DNA from: Heterodontus francisci
Taxonomy: Eukaryota
Assembly: GCF_036365525.1 (NCBI RefSeq)
Contig: NC_090387.1
Location: 92,545,691-92,609,690, forward strand
Length of the DNA: 64,000 nt
Direction: 5' to 3'
The translations under genes and the position numbers were made by a program. A model generated the notes under the pieces. It saw only the letters and a program-made list of their open reading frames with translations. It had not been told where the DNA came from and did not search any database. Below are positions 36,201-48,640 of this stretch, piece after piece (position 1 is the first letter of the stretch; each line of letters starts with the position of its first letter).

Positions 36201-39200
36201 TCCCAGTCCTTCCTGTCACCTATCACGGAGGTCTTAGATGACAGCATGACGGAGAGACTGTTAAAATCCTGGGCGGGAGGTTTGCTAGAGCTCTTCGGGA
36301 GGGTTTAAACTAGTTTGGCAGGGGGATGGGAACCGGAGCTACGGATCAGTGGATGAGGTAGCTGTTGAACAGGCAGATACCGAGTGCAGAGAGTCTGTGA
36401 GGAAGGTTAGACAATTGACACGACAAAGTTGCAGCCAGTATGATGGGTTGAAGTGTGTCCATTTTAACGCAAGAAGTGTCAGGAATAAGGGTGATGAACT
36501 TACAGCATGGATCAGTACTTGGAGCTACGATATTGTGGCCATTACGGAGACGTGGATATCACAGGGGCAGGAATGGATGTTGGATGTTCCGGGATTTAGA
36601 TGTTTCAAAAGGAATAGGGAGGGAGGTAAAAGAGGTGGGGGAGTGGCATTGCTAATCAGGGATAGTATCACAGCTGCAGAAAGGGAGGTCGTTGAGGAGG
36701 GTTTGTCTACTGAGTCATTATGGGTGGAAGTCAGAAACGGGAAAGGAGCAGTCACTTTGTTGGGAGTTTTCTATAGAACCCCCAATAGCAACAGAGATAC
36801 GGAGGAACAGATTGGGAGGCAGATTTTGGAAAGGTGCAGAAGTAACAGGGTTGTTGTCATGGGTGACTTCAACTTCCCTAATATTGATTGGAACCTCCTT
36901 AGTGCAAATAGTTTGGAGGGAGCAGTTTTTGTCAGGTGTGTCCAGGAAGGGTTCCTGACTCAATATGTAGATAGGCCGACTAGAGGGGAGGCTATGTTGG
37001 ATTTGGTGCTTGGCACCAGGTGGCAGATCTCTCGGTGGGAGAGCATTTCGGTGTTTGTGATCACAACTCCTTAACCTTTACTATAGTCATGGAGAGGGAC
37101 AGGAGCAGACGGGATGGGAAAATATTTAATTGGGGGAGGGGGAATTACAATGCTATCAGGCAGGAACTGGGGAGCATAAACTGGGAACAGATGTTCTCAG
37201 GGAAATGCACGACAGAAATGTGGAGGTTGTTTAGGGAGCACTTGCTGCGACTGCTGGATAGGTTTGTCCCGATGAGGCAAGGAAGGGATGGTAGGGTGAA
37301 GGAACCTTGGATGACAAGAGATGTGGAACAGCTAGTCAAGAGGAAGAAGGAAGCTTACTTAAGGTTGAGGAAGCAAGAATCAGACAGGGCTCTAGAGGGT
37401 TACAAGGTAACCAGGAAGGAACTGAAGATTGGACGTAGGAGAGCTAGAAGGGGACATGAAAAAGTCTTGGCGGGTAGGATTAAGGAAAATCCCAAGGCGT
37501 TCTACACTTATTTGAGGAACAAGAGGATGGCCAGAGTAAGGGCAGGGCCGATCAGGGATAGTGGTGGGAACTTGTGCCTGGAGTCGGAGGAGGTAGGGGA
37601 GGTCCTAAATGAATACTTTGCTTCAGTATTCACTAGTGAGAGGAACCTGGTCGTTTGTGAGGACAGCGTGGAACAGGCTGATATGCTCGAACAGCTTGAG
37701 GTTAAGAGGGAGGATGTGCTGGAAATTTTGAATGATATGAGGACAGATAAGTCCCCGGGGCCAGACGGGATATACCCAAGGATATTACGGGAAGCGAGGG
37801 AAGAGATTGCTGCGCCTTTGGCGATGATCTTTGCGTCCTCACTGTCCACTGGAGTAGTACCGGATGATTGGAGGGTGGCAAATGTTATTCCCTTGTTCAA
37901 GAAAGGGATAACCCTGGGAATTATAGACCAGTCAGTCTTACAGGATTTATGATTATTTGGAAAAGCATGGCTTGATTAGAGACAGTCAGCATGGCTTTGT
38001 GAGGGGCAGGTCATGCCTCACAAGCCTTATTGAATTCTTTGAAGATGTGACAAAACACATTGATGAAGGAAGAGCAGTGGATGTGGTGTATATGGATTTT
38101 AGCAAGGTGTTTGATAAGGTTCCCCATGGTAGGCTCATTCAGAAAGTGAGGAGGCATGGGATACAGGGAAAGTTGGCTGTCTGGATACAAAATTGGCTGG
38201 CCCATAGAAGACAGAGGGTGGTAGTAGATGGAAAGTATTCAGCATGGAGCTTGGTGACCAGTGATGTTCCGCAGGGATCTGTTCTGGGACCTCTGCTCTT
38301 TGTGATTTTTATAAATGACTTGGATGAGGAAGTGGAAGGCTGGGTTAGCAAGTTTGCCGATGACACGAAGGTTGCTGGAGTTGTGGATAGTGTGGAAGGC
38401 TGTTGGAGGTTGCAACGGGACATTGACAGGATGAAAAGCTGGACTGAGAAGTGGCAGATGGAGTTCAACCTGGAAAAGTGTGAAGTGATTCATTTTGGAA
38501 GGTCGAATATGAATGCAGAATACAGGCTTAAAGACAGGATTCTTGGTAGTGTGGAGGAACAGAGGGATCTTGGAGTACATGTCCATAGATCGCTCAAAGT
38601 TGCCACCCAAGTTGATAAGGTTGTTAAGAAGGCGTATGGTGTGTTGGCTTTCATGAAAAGGGGGATTGAGTTTAAGAGCCGCGAGGTTATGCTGCAGCTC
38701 CATAAAGCCCTGGTTAGACCACACTTGGAATATTGTGTTCAGTTCTGGTCGCCTCATTATAGGAAGGATGTGGAAGCTTTAGAGAGGGTGCAGAGGAGAT
38801 TTACCAGGATGCTGCCTGGACTGGAGATAAAGAAAGATTGAGGGAGCTAGGGCTTTTCTCATTGGAGTGAAGAAGGATGAGAGGTGACTTGATAGAGGGG
38901 TACAAGATGATGAGAGGCATAGATAGAGTGGATAGCCAGAGACTTTTTCCCAGGGCGGAAAGGGCTATCACCAGGGGGCATAATTTTAAGGTGATTGGAG
39001 GAAGGTTTCGGGGAGATGTCAGAGGTAGTTTCTTTACACAGAGAGTGGTGGGTGCGTGGAATGCGCTGCCAGCGGTAGTAGTAGAAGCAGATACATTAGG
39101 GACATTTAAGCGACTCTTGGATAGGTACATGGATGATAGTAGAATGAAGGGAATGTAGGTAGTTTGATCTTAGAGTAGGTTAAAGGTTTGGCACAACATT

Positions 39201-41000
39201 GTGGGCCAAAGGGCCTGTACTGTGCTGTATTGTTCTGTGTTCTATGTTCTAAACCGCTAACTCTGGATGAGCTGACAAAAGCCGTCAGGTCCTTTGAGAC
39301 GTGTAAAACTCCCGGAGGCGATGGCTTACCGGTTGAGTTGTATTCGGCCCTGTGGGACTGGGTTGGTCCAGACCTACAGGAAGTATACGAGAGTATGCTC
39401 CAGGCCGGCAGCATGTCAGAATCCATGAGGAAAGGCATCATCACCCTCATCTACAAGCGGAAGGGGGAGAGATAAGCATGTTCCAATTTGACTGATGAGC
39501 ATCTGCGACCAGTTCGAACTGGCCTCAGGAGCCAAAGTAAATCACGGCAAGAGCGAGGCCATGTTTTCTGGGACCTGGGCCGATCGATCCTTTCTTCCCT
39601 TCACTGTCAGGTCAGACTACCTGAAAGCTGTGGGGATATGGTTCGGAGAGGCCGGGGTGTGCACCAAGAACTGGAAGAAGTGAGTAGCCATGGTAAACCA
39701 TAATGTGAGCATGTGGGAGCAGCGTTCTCTCTCCATTGCGAGTAAGAACCTGGTCATCAGGTGTGAGGAGTTCACTTTGTTGCTCTATATGGCGCAGGTT
39801 TGGCACATACCCCACTCCTGCGCCGTGGCAGTCACCTGAGCCATCTTCACCTTTATCTGGAGATGAGAAAATCGAATGTGACCGGAGGGACACGAAGTTC
39901 AAACCTCTGGATAAAGGGGGGGGAAAACCGAACCCAACGTCGCCCTCATCCTGAGGACCACCTTTGTGCAAGGCTGCATCAAATTGTGCGTAGAACCCCA
40001 GTACACAAACACCAAGTATCACTACGTGCTGAGGTTCTATCTGTCCCCGGTGTTGTAAAGGATGAGTCTGGCCATGTTGCTGCGGAACATTCCATTCAGT
40101 TGGACCATGCCGTACCACCTATCCTTCGTGGAAAGGTTTGCATAGAAAAACATCAGGCAGTGGTCTGCACGGAATGTCCTCAAGGCCCTACGGGAAAAGG
40201 AGATGGTAGATCCTGTTGGATAGTTCCCCGAGCAGACTGCCAAAGTCATTTGGCAGAATGTTTCATCACTAGAACTTTCAAACAAGCACCAAGATGTAGC
40301 TTGGCTGGTGGTGAGAAGGGCCCTCCCCATCAGATCCTTCTTGCACGCCCAGAGTCTTACCAATTTCGCACGCTGCCCTCGAGGTGGCTGCTGTGGGGAA
40401 GACACGGTTGCCCACCTCCTTCTGGAAAGTGTCTTTGCAAAGCATGTGTGGAAAGAGATGCAGTGTTTTTTGTCGCGGTTTATCCCGAGCAGCTCTAACA
40501 CAGGAGTCTGTGCTCTATGGGTTTTTCCCAGGGATGCACACCGAGATAAACATCAGTAGCTGCTGGAGGACTATCAATTCGGTGAATGGTCTGCCCGAAA
40601 CCTGCTGGTCTTCCAGCACAAAGAGTTGTCCGCAACCGAGTGTTGCAGACTGGCACATTCCAAAGTCCAGGACTACGTGCTGAGGGATGCACTAAAGCTT
40701 GGGGCAGATGCCACAAAGGCTCAATGGGGAAAGACAACTGTATAAGGTCCTCCCCGCATAGTGAACTGAGGGGCTGAAACTGAAATAAAAAACCCCTCAG
40801 ACTGTATGCACCAAAATATATTTTTGCTGTGTAATGCAAATGTTCATTGTATGTAAAGTGGAATGGCAAGGGGGGAAACTCATGTTCTGTATCGAAGGAA
40901 ACTAATTTCCTTTGCACTTTCTGGAATGTTAAATTGGAACAGTTTTGTAATGTATTTTTTACTTATTTTTATGAATAAAGTATTTTTTTTGGAAAATAAA
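33288..41000 (+). mobile_element. L1/Tx1-clade non-LTR retrotransposon, decayed, both ends present
   Basis: ORF1 from about 33381 with three CCHC knuckles (CHT*GKSGHVAANC, CKNCKKEGHQTKDC, CNLCNGADHLYKTC). ORF2 from 34940: APE (SINVRS, FLQE, NVYAP, GGDFN, SDH), KTPGGDGLP and C-terminal CPRGGC..H. AATAAA at 40974, A-tail and TSD ATGTGTG (33281-33287 and 41001-41007). Confidence 0.9.
36261..39250 (+). mobile_element. Young CR1 LINE with almost complete ORF2, inserted in L1 ORF2
   Basis: ORFs 36349-37074 (APE: FNARS, ITETW, GDFN), 37020-37952 and 37957-38841 (RT: KFADDTK), and 38877-39158; (TGTTCTA)n tail. Confidence 0.95.
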
Positions 41001-41215
41001 ATGTGTGTAGATGTGTTCCTGCAGTAGCTGTGTGTATATATGTTCCAGTTTAAGTTCAAATAAAAACCCATGTATCCTTCAGATATTACTGTATTCCTAT
41101 CAATCTTAGCGATAGCTCTCGCTTCAAAGGAACAAATAACATTACAGTTACATCCTCAAAGAACACTAATAAATTTGTCAAACACGATTTTCCTTCCCCA
41201 AATTGAATTGCCCCT

Positions 41216-41670
41216 AGTTTAGTTTAGTTTAGTTTAGAGGTACAGCACTGAAACAGGCCCTACGGCCCACCGAGTCTGTGCCGACCATCAACCACCCATA
41301 TATACTAATCCTACACTAATCCCATATTCCTACCACATCCCCACCTGTCCCTATATTTCCCTACCACCTACCTATACTAGGGGCAATTTATAATGGCCAA
41401 TTTACCTATCAACCTGCAAGTCTTTTTGGCTTGTGGGAGGAAACCGGAGCACCCGGAGAAAATCCACGCAGACACAGGGAGAACTTGCAAACTCCACACA
41501 GGCAGTACCCAGAATGGTAGGTGGTAGGGGAATATAGGGAAGGCGGGGATGTGGTAGGAATATGGGATTAGTGTAGGATTAGTATAAATGGGTGGTTGAT
41601 GGTCAGCACAGACTCAGTGGGCCGAAGGGCCTGTTTCAGTGCTGTATCTCGAAATAAATACATAAATAAA
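41216..41670. mobile_element. Two partial HE1-like SINEs fused back-to-back, tails outward
   Basis: A minus-strand copy (41216-41514, (CTAAA)n tail) is joined directly to a plus-strand 3' half (41515-41670, (TAAA)n tail). Confidence 0.85.
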
Positions 41671-42214
41671 ACCATATTGACTCTGCTAGATTGTATTGTG
41701 ATTTTATATATGTCCTGCTACTACTGCCTTAATAATGGACTCCAGCATTTTCCCAGTGACAGATGTTAGCCTAATTGGCCTATAGCTTCCTGCTTTCTGT
41801 CTCCCTCCTGGGACCTTTCCAGAATCGAGGGAGTTTTGGAAGTTTACAACCAATGCATTCACTATCTCTGCAGCCACTTCTTTTAAGGCCCTAGAATGCA
41901 GGGCCAGGGGACTCGTCAGCCTTTAGACCTATTAGTTCTTCTAATACTTCTTCCCTAGTTATAGTGATTGTTTTAAGTTCCTCCTTTGCTTTTTCCCCTT
42001 GATTTTCTATTATTCATGGGATATTTTTTGTGTCTTCTGTGAAGACAGATGCAAAATACTTGTTAATTGTCGCTGCCATTACCTAGTTTCCCAACATTAA
42101 TTCCCCAGTCTCAGCCTCACAGGGACTAACACTTACTTTAGCTACTCCCTTCCTTTTTATATACTTGTAGAATCTCTTACTGTCTGTTTTTATATTGCTT
42201 GCTAGTTTAGCGTC

Positions 42215-42845
42215 TGTTGGAGAAAAATCCAGATTATGCCCAATTATTCAACAAATTCTCCGGACGCAGACGTTGAGAATAAACACTTTATTCATGATAT
42301 CATGGGGTGCACACCTGACCTAAAGGCGGTCCAGTGCTACTCCACAGAACAAAGGAAATCCACAACGGATATACAGTTACTCAGCCCATCCCGGCTGGAC
42401 ACAATCCAATCAGATTGGTTATTGATGACATACATTACACATAGTACCAATTAAATTACTGATTAGGCATCATGTGGCTACGTGATCAGCTCATGCCAGC
42501 CCTGATCACCAATTGATGAGCTCAGGCCCTATCAATTATCCTGGAGTCTTCCAACTGTCACTTTTAATTGGGCATGCATTCCTGAGGGTTTCGCGCAGTC
42601 TGCAGTTACACAGATAAGAGGGGCCCCCTTTTGGTATCTGTGCCATGCTGTACCAAGCTCCAACTGTGAACTAACTAATCTGTCCCACAATGCCTCAGAT
42701 CAAATACTCCATTTTGTACCAATATGTAGCTATACTTTCAACTTATATATGAAAGAATATATGTATACGTATTCACTAGGATTATATTAATCTACTTACT
42801 CAAATAACAGTTATAGAAGCAAAAGCTCAGCAAACTTCTCCCACA
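42215..42845 (-). mobile_element. Solo LTR (ERV/LTR-retrotransposon)
   Basis: Termini TGTTGGAGAA..TTCTCCCACA; 5-bp TSD GCGTC/GCATC (CpG transition); minus-strand AATAAA near 42290; interrupts CR1. Confidence 0.75.
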
Positions 42846-44989
42846 GCATCATATTCTAATTTCTCCCCTTTTTTAAGTCATCCTTTGCTGATTTCTAAAA
42901 TGTTTCCAATCTTCTGGCCTACCACTAACCTTTGCAGCATTGTATGCCTTTACTTTCAATTTGCTACCATCCTTAACTCCCTTAGTTAGCCACAGATGAT
43001 GCATCCTTCTTGTACAGGATTTCTTTCTCAATTATATATATTTTTGTTGAGAGTTATGAAATATCTCCTTAAATGTCTGACACTGTTTATCTATCATGTT
43101 ACCTTTTAACCTATTTCCCCAGTCCACTATAGCCAACTATGTCTTCATACCTTTGTAGTTGCCTTTATTTAAGTTTAAGACTCATATTTCAGACCGAAAG
43201 TTTTCACCCTCAAATTGAATGCGAAATTCTATCATCTTATGATCACTCTTGCCTAGAGGATCCTTTACTATGCGATTATTAATTAATCCTGTCTCATTGC
43301 ACATTACCAGGTCTAAAATAGCCTGTTCCCAGGTTGGTTTCAAAATATATTGTTCTAAGAAACTGACCCAAATGCACTCTATGAACTCATCCTCAAGGCT
43401 ACCTTTGCCAATTTGATTTGTCAAATTGAAATGACGATTAAAATTGCCCACAATTATTGCAATACCATTCTTACAAGCCCCTGTTATTTCTTGATTTATA
43501 CTCTGTCCTACAGTCTGGCTACTGTTAGATGGCCTAAACGGTGACTTCTTCGCCTTGCTAATTCTTATCTCCACCCAAACTAATTCTACATCTTGATCTT
43601 CCAAGCCAAGCTAATTTCTCACGACTGTACTGATCTCATACTTTATCAACAGAGCTACCCCACATCCTTTTCCTTTCTTCCTATCCTTCCAAAATGTTAA
43701 AGTACCCTTGAATATTCATTTCCCCGCCTTGGTCACCTTGCAACCATGTCTCTGTAATGGCTATCATATCATACCCGTTTATTTTGATTTGTGCTATCAA
43801 TTCATCCATCATGTTACGAATGCTGCTTGCATTCAGATAAAGAGCCTTTAATTCTTTTTACTATTTTCCCTATCCTGACCTTATTTTCCATTGCACTCTT
43901 ATGTTTGTATGCTCTGGCTCTTCCTGTCACACTCTGGTTATCATTACCCGTACTGCTACCCTGCACTATTGCCTTGACCTTTCTCGTTAACTTTCTAAAT
44001 CTTCCCTCACATGAACCCTCCGCCCCACTATTTAGTTTAAACCCTCTCTACAGCTCCAGTTATATGATTTGCCAGGAAACTGGTCCCAGTGCAGTTCAAA
44101 TGCAGCCTGTCCCAATGGAACAGTTCTCCCATTCCCCAGTACTCGTGCCCCATGAACTGAAACTCATTTCACCCACACCAATCTTTGAGCCACACATTCA
44201 ACTCTCTGATCTTATTTACCTCTGTCAATTTGCTCATGGTTCCAGTTGTAATCCAGAGATTATTAGCCCATAGCTGGTCCTACTCCCTGAACAGAACCTC
44301 ATTATTAGTCCTACCTATATCGTTGATACTTATGTGGACCGAAACAACTGGATCCTTCCCCTCCCACTCCAAATTCCTCTCCAGCCCTGAGGAGATGTCC
44401 TTAACCCTGGCACCAGGCAGGCAACACAGCCTTCAGGACTCAAGCTCTCAGCAGCAGAGAATGGTATCTTTCCCCCAAAACAAGAAATGGTTTAAGAAAA
44501 ATGTCAGACTTAATTTCCCCAGTGTCTGATATCAAATCTTAACAATGTGTATCGTTGGGCTATGTGTTCCCCCAATACTTTTAACCAGTGATTATTGTTA
44601 ATAATGAGTAATAAAGGGCGTGAAGTTTAATAATAAGGAGTGCAATATATCAGAAATAAATAGTATGATGGGAGTAATAAAGATAAATGAGTAACAAATG
44701 ATGTCATGTGAATAACAAGCAATACTATTGTCATATGTGCAATGAGGAATGTGATATGAGCAACAAAGATTCTACTGACATCACAGTCTTATTACTCTGA
44801 GTGTGGCCTAGGAATCCCACAGGAACCCTCTCGATCTCCAGCCATACCTTCAGTGGTAGACCGGGAGTCCCAGTTACAGTGGGAACAGCAGTTTATTACA
44901 TTTTTTCCTGGGCGTTTGGCAGTATTTCTCTGAAGCAGAATGCCCATGAATTTTTAGGACCTATTTGTCCATGTGTACCAAGGTTCTGA

Positions 44990-45287
44990 GGATTGCTACA
45001 CATCCCCACCCCATGGATATCAGCGAAAAGCTCAGCCAAAGCCACTTTATGGTCTGAGGCTGTTTCTGAGCTGTGCAACGTGCTGGATTCTAACCGACAG
45101 ATACATTCCACCACAGGCAATGCACTGCCATCGACAGTCAAGGTCAGGTCAGCCTTGTACCTTATGCTTCCAGCTGATTCCAAGCTTCAGCTGCAGCATT
45201 GGCCAATCTGCTGTCCAAAGATGTGTCAAGCTGCTGACTGATGTGGGTGTCAGAGATAGAAATCTCATCACATTCCTTATGGGCTAA
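44990..45287 (+). mobile_element. Degraded PIF/Harbinger transposase fragment
   Basis: Frameshifted EAVSELCNVL..NALPSTVKVRSAL..IGQSAVQRCVKLLTD..ITFLM resembles the N-terminal HTH region of Harbinger/HARBI1 transposases. Confidence 0.55.
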
Positions 45288-45491
45288 TCTTCAAAAACAG
45301 GAGAGGGCACTGCACTTTTTCCACCTCCTCTCTCAGAACCTTATTGGCCTCTTTCCCTTCCCTTCTCCATCCTGGTCCCAACCCTGGGACGGCCCTTCCC
45401 ACCCCCTCCAGCCCTGACCCCAGATTGGCCTCTCCTGCCCTCTCTGGTCCTGACACCCAATTGGCCTCTAATGCTGACTCCGGTCCTGACT

Positions 45492-47195
45492 TAAGAACAT
45501 AAGAAATAGGAGCTGCAGTAGGCCATTAGGCTCCTTGAGCCTGCTCTGCCATTCAATAAAATCATGGCTGATCTGATTGTGGCCTGAACTCCACTTTCCT
45601 GCCTGCTCCCATAATGCTAGGCTCCCTTGTCTATCAAAAATCTGTCTAACTCAGCCTTGAATGTATTCAATGACCCAGCCTCCACCTTTCACTGGGGAAG
45701 AGAATTTCATAAATTAACAACTCTCTGAGAGAAGAAATTTCTCCTCATCTCTGACTTAAATAGGAGACCCCTTATTTTGAAACTGTGTCCCCCAGTTCTA
45801 GATTCACCCATGAGGAGAAACATCCTCTCAGCATCTACCTTGTCAAGCCCGCTCAGAATCTTTTATGTTTCAATAAGATCGCCTCTCAATCTTCTAAACT
45901 CCAATGTGTATCGGCCCAACCTGCTCAACATTTCTTCATAAGACAACACTTCATCCCAAGAGTTAGCCTAGTGAACCTTCTCTGAATTGCTTCCAATGCA
46001 AGTATATCGTTCCTTAAGTTAGGTGACCAAAACTGGACACAGTACTCTGGGTGCAGTCTCACCAATGCCATGTACAGTTTTAGCAAGACTTCCCTAATTT
46101 TATACTCCATCTCTCTTGCAATAAAGGCCAACATTCCATTTGCTTTCCTTATTACTTGCTGTACCTGCATTTTATGTTTTGTGATTCATGTACAAGGACA
46201 CCTGGATCCCTCTGTACCGCAGCATTCTGCAGACTCTCTTCATATAAATAATATTCTTCTTTTCTATTCTTCCTACCAAAGTGGATAATCTCACACTTTT
46301 CCACATTATGCTCCATCTGCCAAATTTTTGCCCACTCATTTAACCTATCTTTATCACTTGGCAGACACTTTGTGTCCTTCTCACGACTTGCTTTCCTACC
46401 TATCATTGTATCGTCCGCAAATCTAGCTACAATACACTTGGTCCCTTCATCCAAGTTAATAATATAGATAGTAAATAGTTGAGGCCCCAGCACTGATCCC
46501 TGTGGCACTCCACTAATTACAATTTGCCAACCTGCAAATGCTCCATTTATCCTGACTCTCTGCTTCCTGTTAGTTAGTCAATCCTCTATCCATCCTAATA
46601 TTACACCCCCAACACCATGAGTTCGTACCTTATGTAGTAATCTTTTATGTTGCATCTTTTGGAAATCCCAAGTATACTACAACTACTGTTTCCCCTTTAC
46701 ATTCTCAAAGAACTCTAATAAATTTGTCAAACATGATTTCCCTTGTTAAAACAATGTTGACTCTGCCTGATTGCAACATACGCAAACGAACATATGAATT
46801 GGGAGTGGGGGTGGGCCACTCGGCCCCTCAGGCCTACTCCACCATTCAATATGATCATGGCTGATCTAATTGTAACCTTGACTCCACATTCACGCCGACC
46901 CCCAATAACCTTTCACCCCCTTAATTATCGAGACCTATCTACCTCTGCCTTAAAGATGTTTGGGGACTCTGCTGCCACTGCCTTTTGAAGAAGAGATTCT
47001 GATGATTCGCAACCCTCTGAGAGAACAGATTTCTCCTCGTCTCTGTCTTAAACAATGACCCCTGGTTCTGGATTCTCCCACAAGAGGAAGCATCCTTTCC
47101 GCATCCATCCTGTCGAGACCCCTCAGGATCTTATATGTTTCAATCAAGTCGCCTCTTACTCTTCTAATTACCAGCAGATACAAGCCTAGCCTGTC
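45492..47195 (-). mobile_element. Two consecutive CR1 fragments (45492-46775 and 46780-47195)
   Basis: ORFs with [13 protein letters not shown] and RGDLIETYKIL; two separate 3' ends. Confidence 0.9.
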
Positions 47196-47375
47196 CAAAA
47201 CTCCACAAAGATGTGGTAGTGTACTGCAGGAGTTGCCACATGTGCCAGATTGAGGGTAAATCCTAACCTACAGTGAAACCTACAACCCTAAGTCGTGTAC
47301 CAGTGTTAGGAGGACCCTCCAGCAGAGGGCTGGTGAACTGTAAGGGAACCCCACCAAGAACAAAAGGGGACAGAC
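47195..47375 (+). mobile_element. Gypsy integrase fragment
   Basis: PKLHKDVVVYCRSCHMCQIEGK..PVLGGPSSRGLVNCKGTPPRTKG matches the integrase zinc-binding CxxC and the start of the core domain. Confidence 0.65.
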
Positions 47376-47529
47376 AGGCACAAGGCTGGCAAAAGCTTAG
47401 ACAGGGAAGGGGAAAAAGTGACCAAGAAGCCAGGTTAAAGGAAGTCCGGGAGGAATCCTGGATGAAAATTCCTACTGTCTGGTCAGCCAACCCAGAATAA
47501 TTTGAGAAGTTAGACCCCACATCCTCAAA

Positions 47530-48640
47530 AAGCTGGGGGCAATGTGAGCTGTGAGGAGGATGCAAAGAGGCTCCAATGTGATTTGGACAAGTTGGGTGAG
47601 TAGGCAAATGCAAGGCAGATGCAGTAAAACGTGGATACATGTGAGGTTATCCACTTTGGTTGTAAAAACAGAAAGGCACATTATTATCTGAATGGTGATA
47701 GATTGGGAAAGGGGGAGGTGCAACGAGACCTGGGTGTCCTTGTACGCAAGTTGCTGAAAGCAAGCATTCAGGTGCAGCAAGCAGTTAGGAAGGCGAATGA
47801 TATGTTGGCCTTCATTGCAAGAGGGTTTGAGTACAGGAGTAGGGATGTCTTACTGCAGTTGTGCAGGGCCTTGGTGGGACCACGTCTGGAGTGTTGTGTG
47901 CAGTTTTGGTCTCCTTGTGTGAGGAAGGATGTTCTTGCCTTGGGGGGAGTGCAAAGAAGATTTGCTGGTCTGATTCCTGGGATGGCAGGATTGACATATG
48001 AGGAGAGATTGGGTCGACTATTGGGTCACCTGTATTCACTGGAGTTTAGAAGAGTGAGAGGGGATCTCATAGAAACCTATGGGATTCTGACAGGACTGGA
48101 CAGGCTGGATGCGGGAAAGATGTTCCCGATGGCTGGGAATTCATAACCAGGGGTCACGGTCTCAGGATACGGGGTATGCCATTTGGTACCGAGATGGGGA
48201 GGGATTTCTTCACTCAGAGGGTGGTGAAGCTGTGGAATTCTCTGCCGCGGAAGGCGGTGGAGGCCAAGTCATTAAATGTATTCAGGAAGGAGATAGATAT
48301 ATTTCTTAATGCCAGGGGGATCAAGGGATATGGGGAGAAAGTGGGAACAGGGTACTGAATTGGATGATCAGCCATGATATTTTTTGAGTGGCGGAGTGGG
48401 CCCGGGGGGCCGGGGGGCCGGGTGGCCTGCTCCTGATCCTATTTTCTATGTTTCTATGTCCAACCTTTCTTCATCAGACAACCCGCCCATTCCAGGTGTT
48501 AGTGTAGTGAACCTTCTCTGAACTGTTTCCAACACATTTACATCCTTCCTTAGATGGAGGGACCGATGCTGTATGTAGTGCTCCAGATGTGGTCTCACCA
48601 GTGCCCTGTATGACTGAAACATAACTTCCCTACTTTTGTA
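47530..48640 (+). mobile_element. CR1 3' part (+, to 48459) and adjacent antisense CR1 fragment (48460-48640), both A-to-G hypermutated
   Basis: ORF 47631-48146 differs from its in-window relatives mostly by A-to-G codon changes. Confidence 0.88.

Larger units (their letters stand above)
33177..41146 (+). mobile_element. Short solo LTR (33177-33287 plus 41001-41146) split by an L1/Tx1 element
   Basis: TG..CA termini (TGTTCTGGG..ACATTACA); 5-bp TSD GTAAC/GTTAC with one mismatch; AATAAA at about 41059. Confidence 0.6.
31979..44475 (-). mobile_element. Near full-length host CR1 (31979-33176 plus 41147-44475) split by nested insertions
   Basis: RT sequence atccaccctgattgtaac resumes as gttacatcctcaaagaac at 41147. 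It continues through APE (VWVEIR..FRPSNS) to the ORF1 esterase region (rc of TGTTGCCTGCCTGGTGCCAGGGT) near 44410. Confidence 0.85.
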
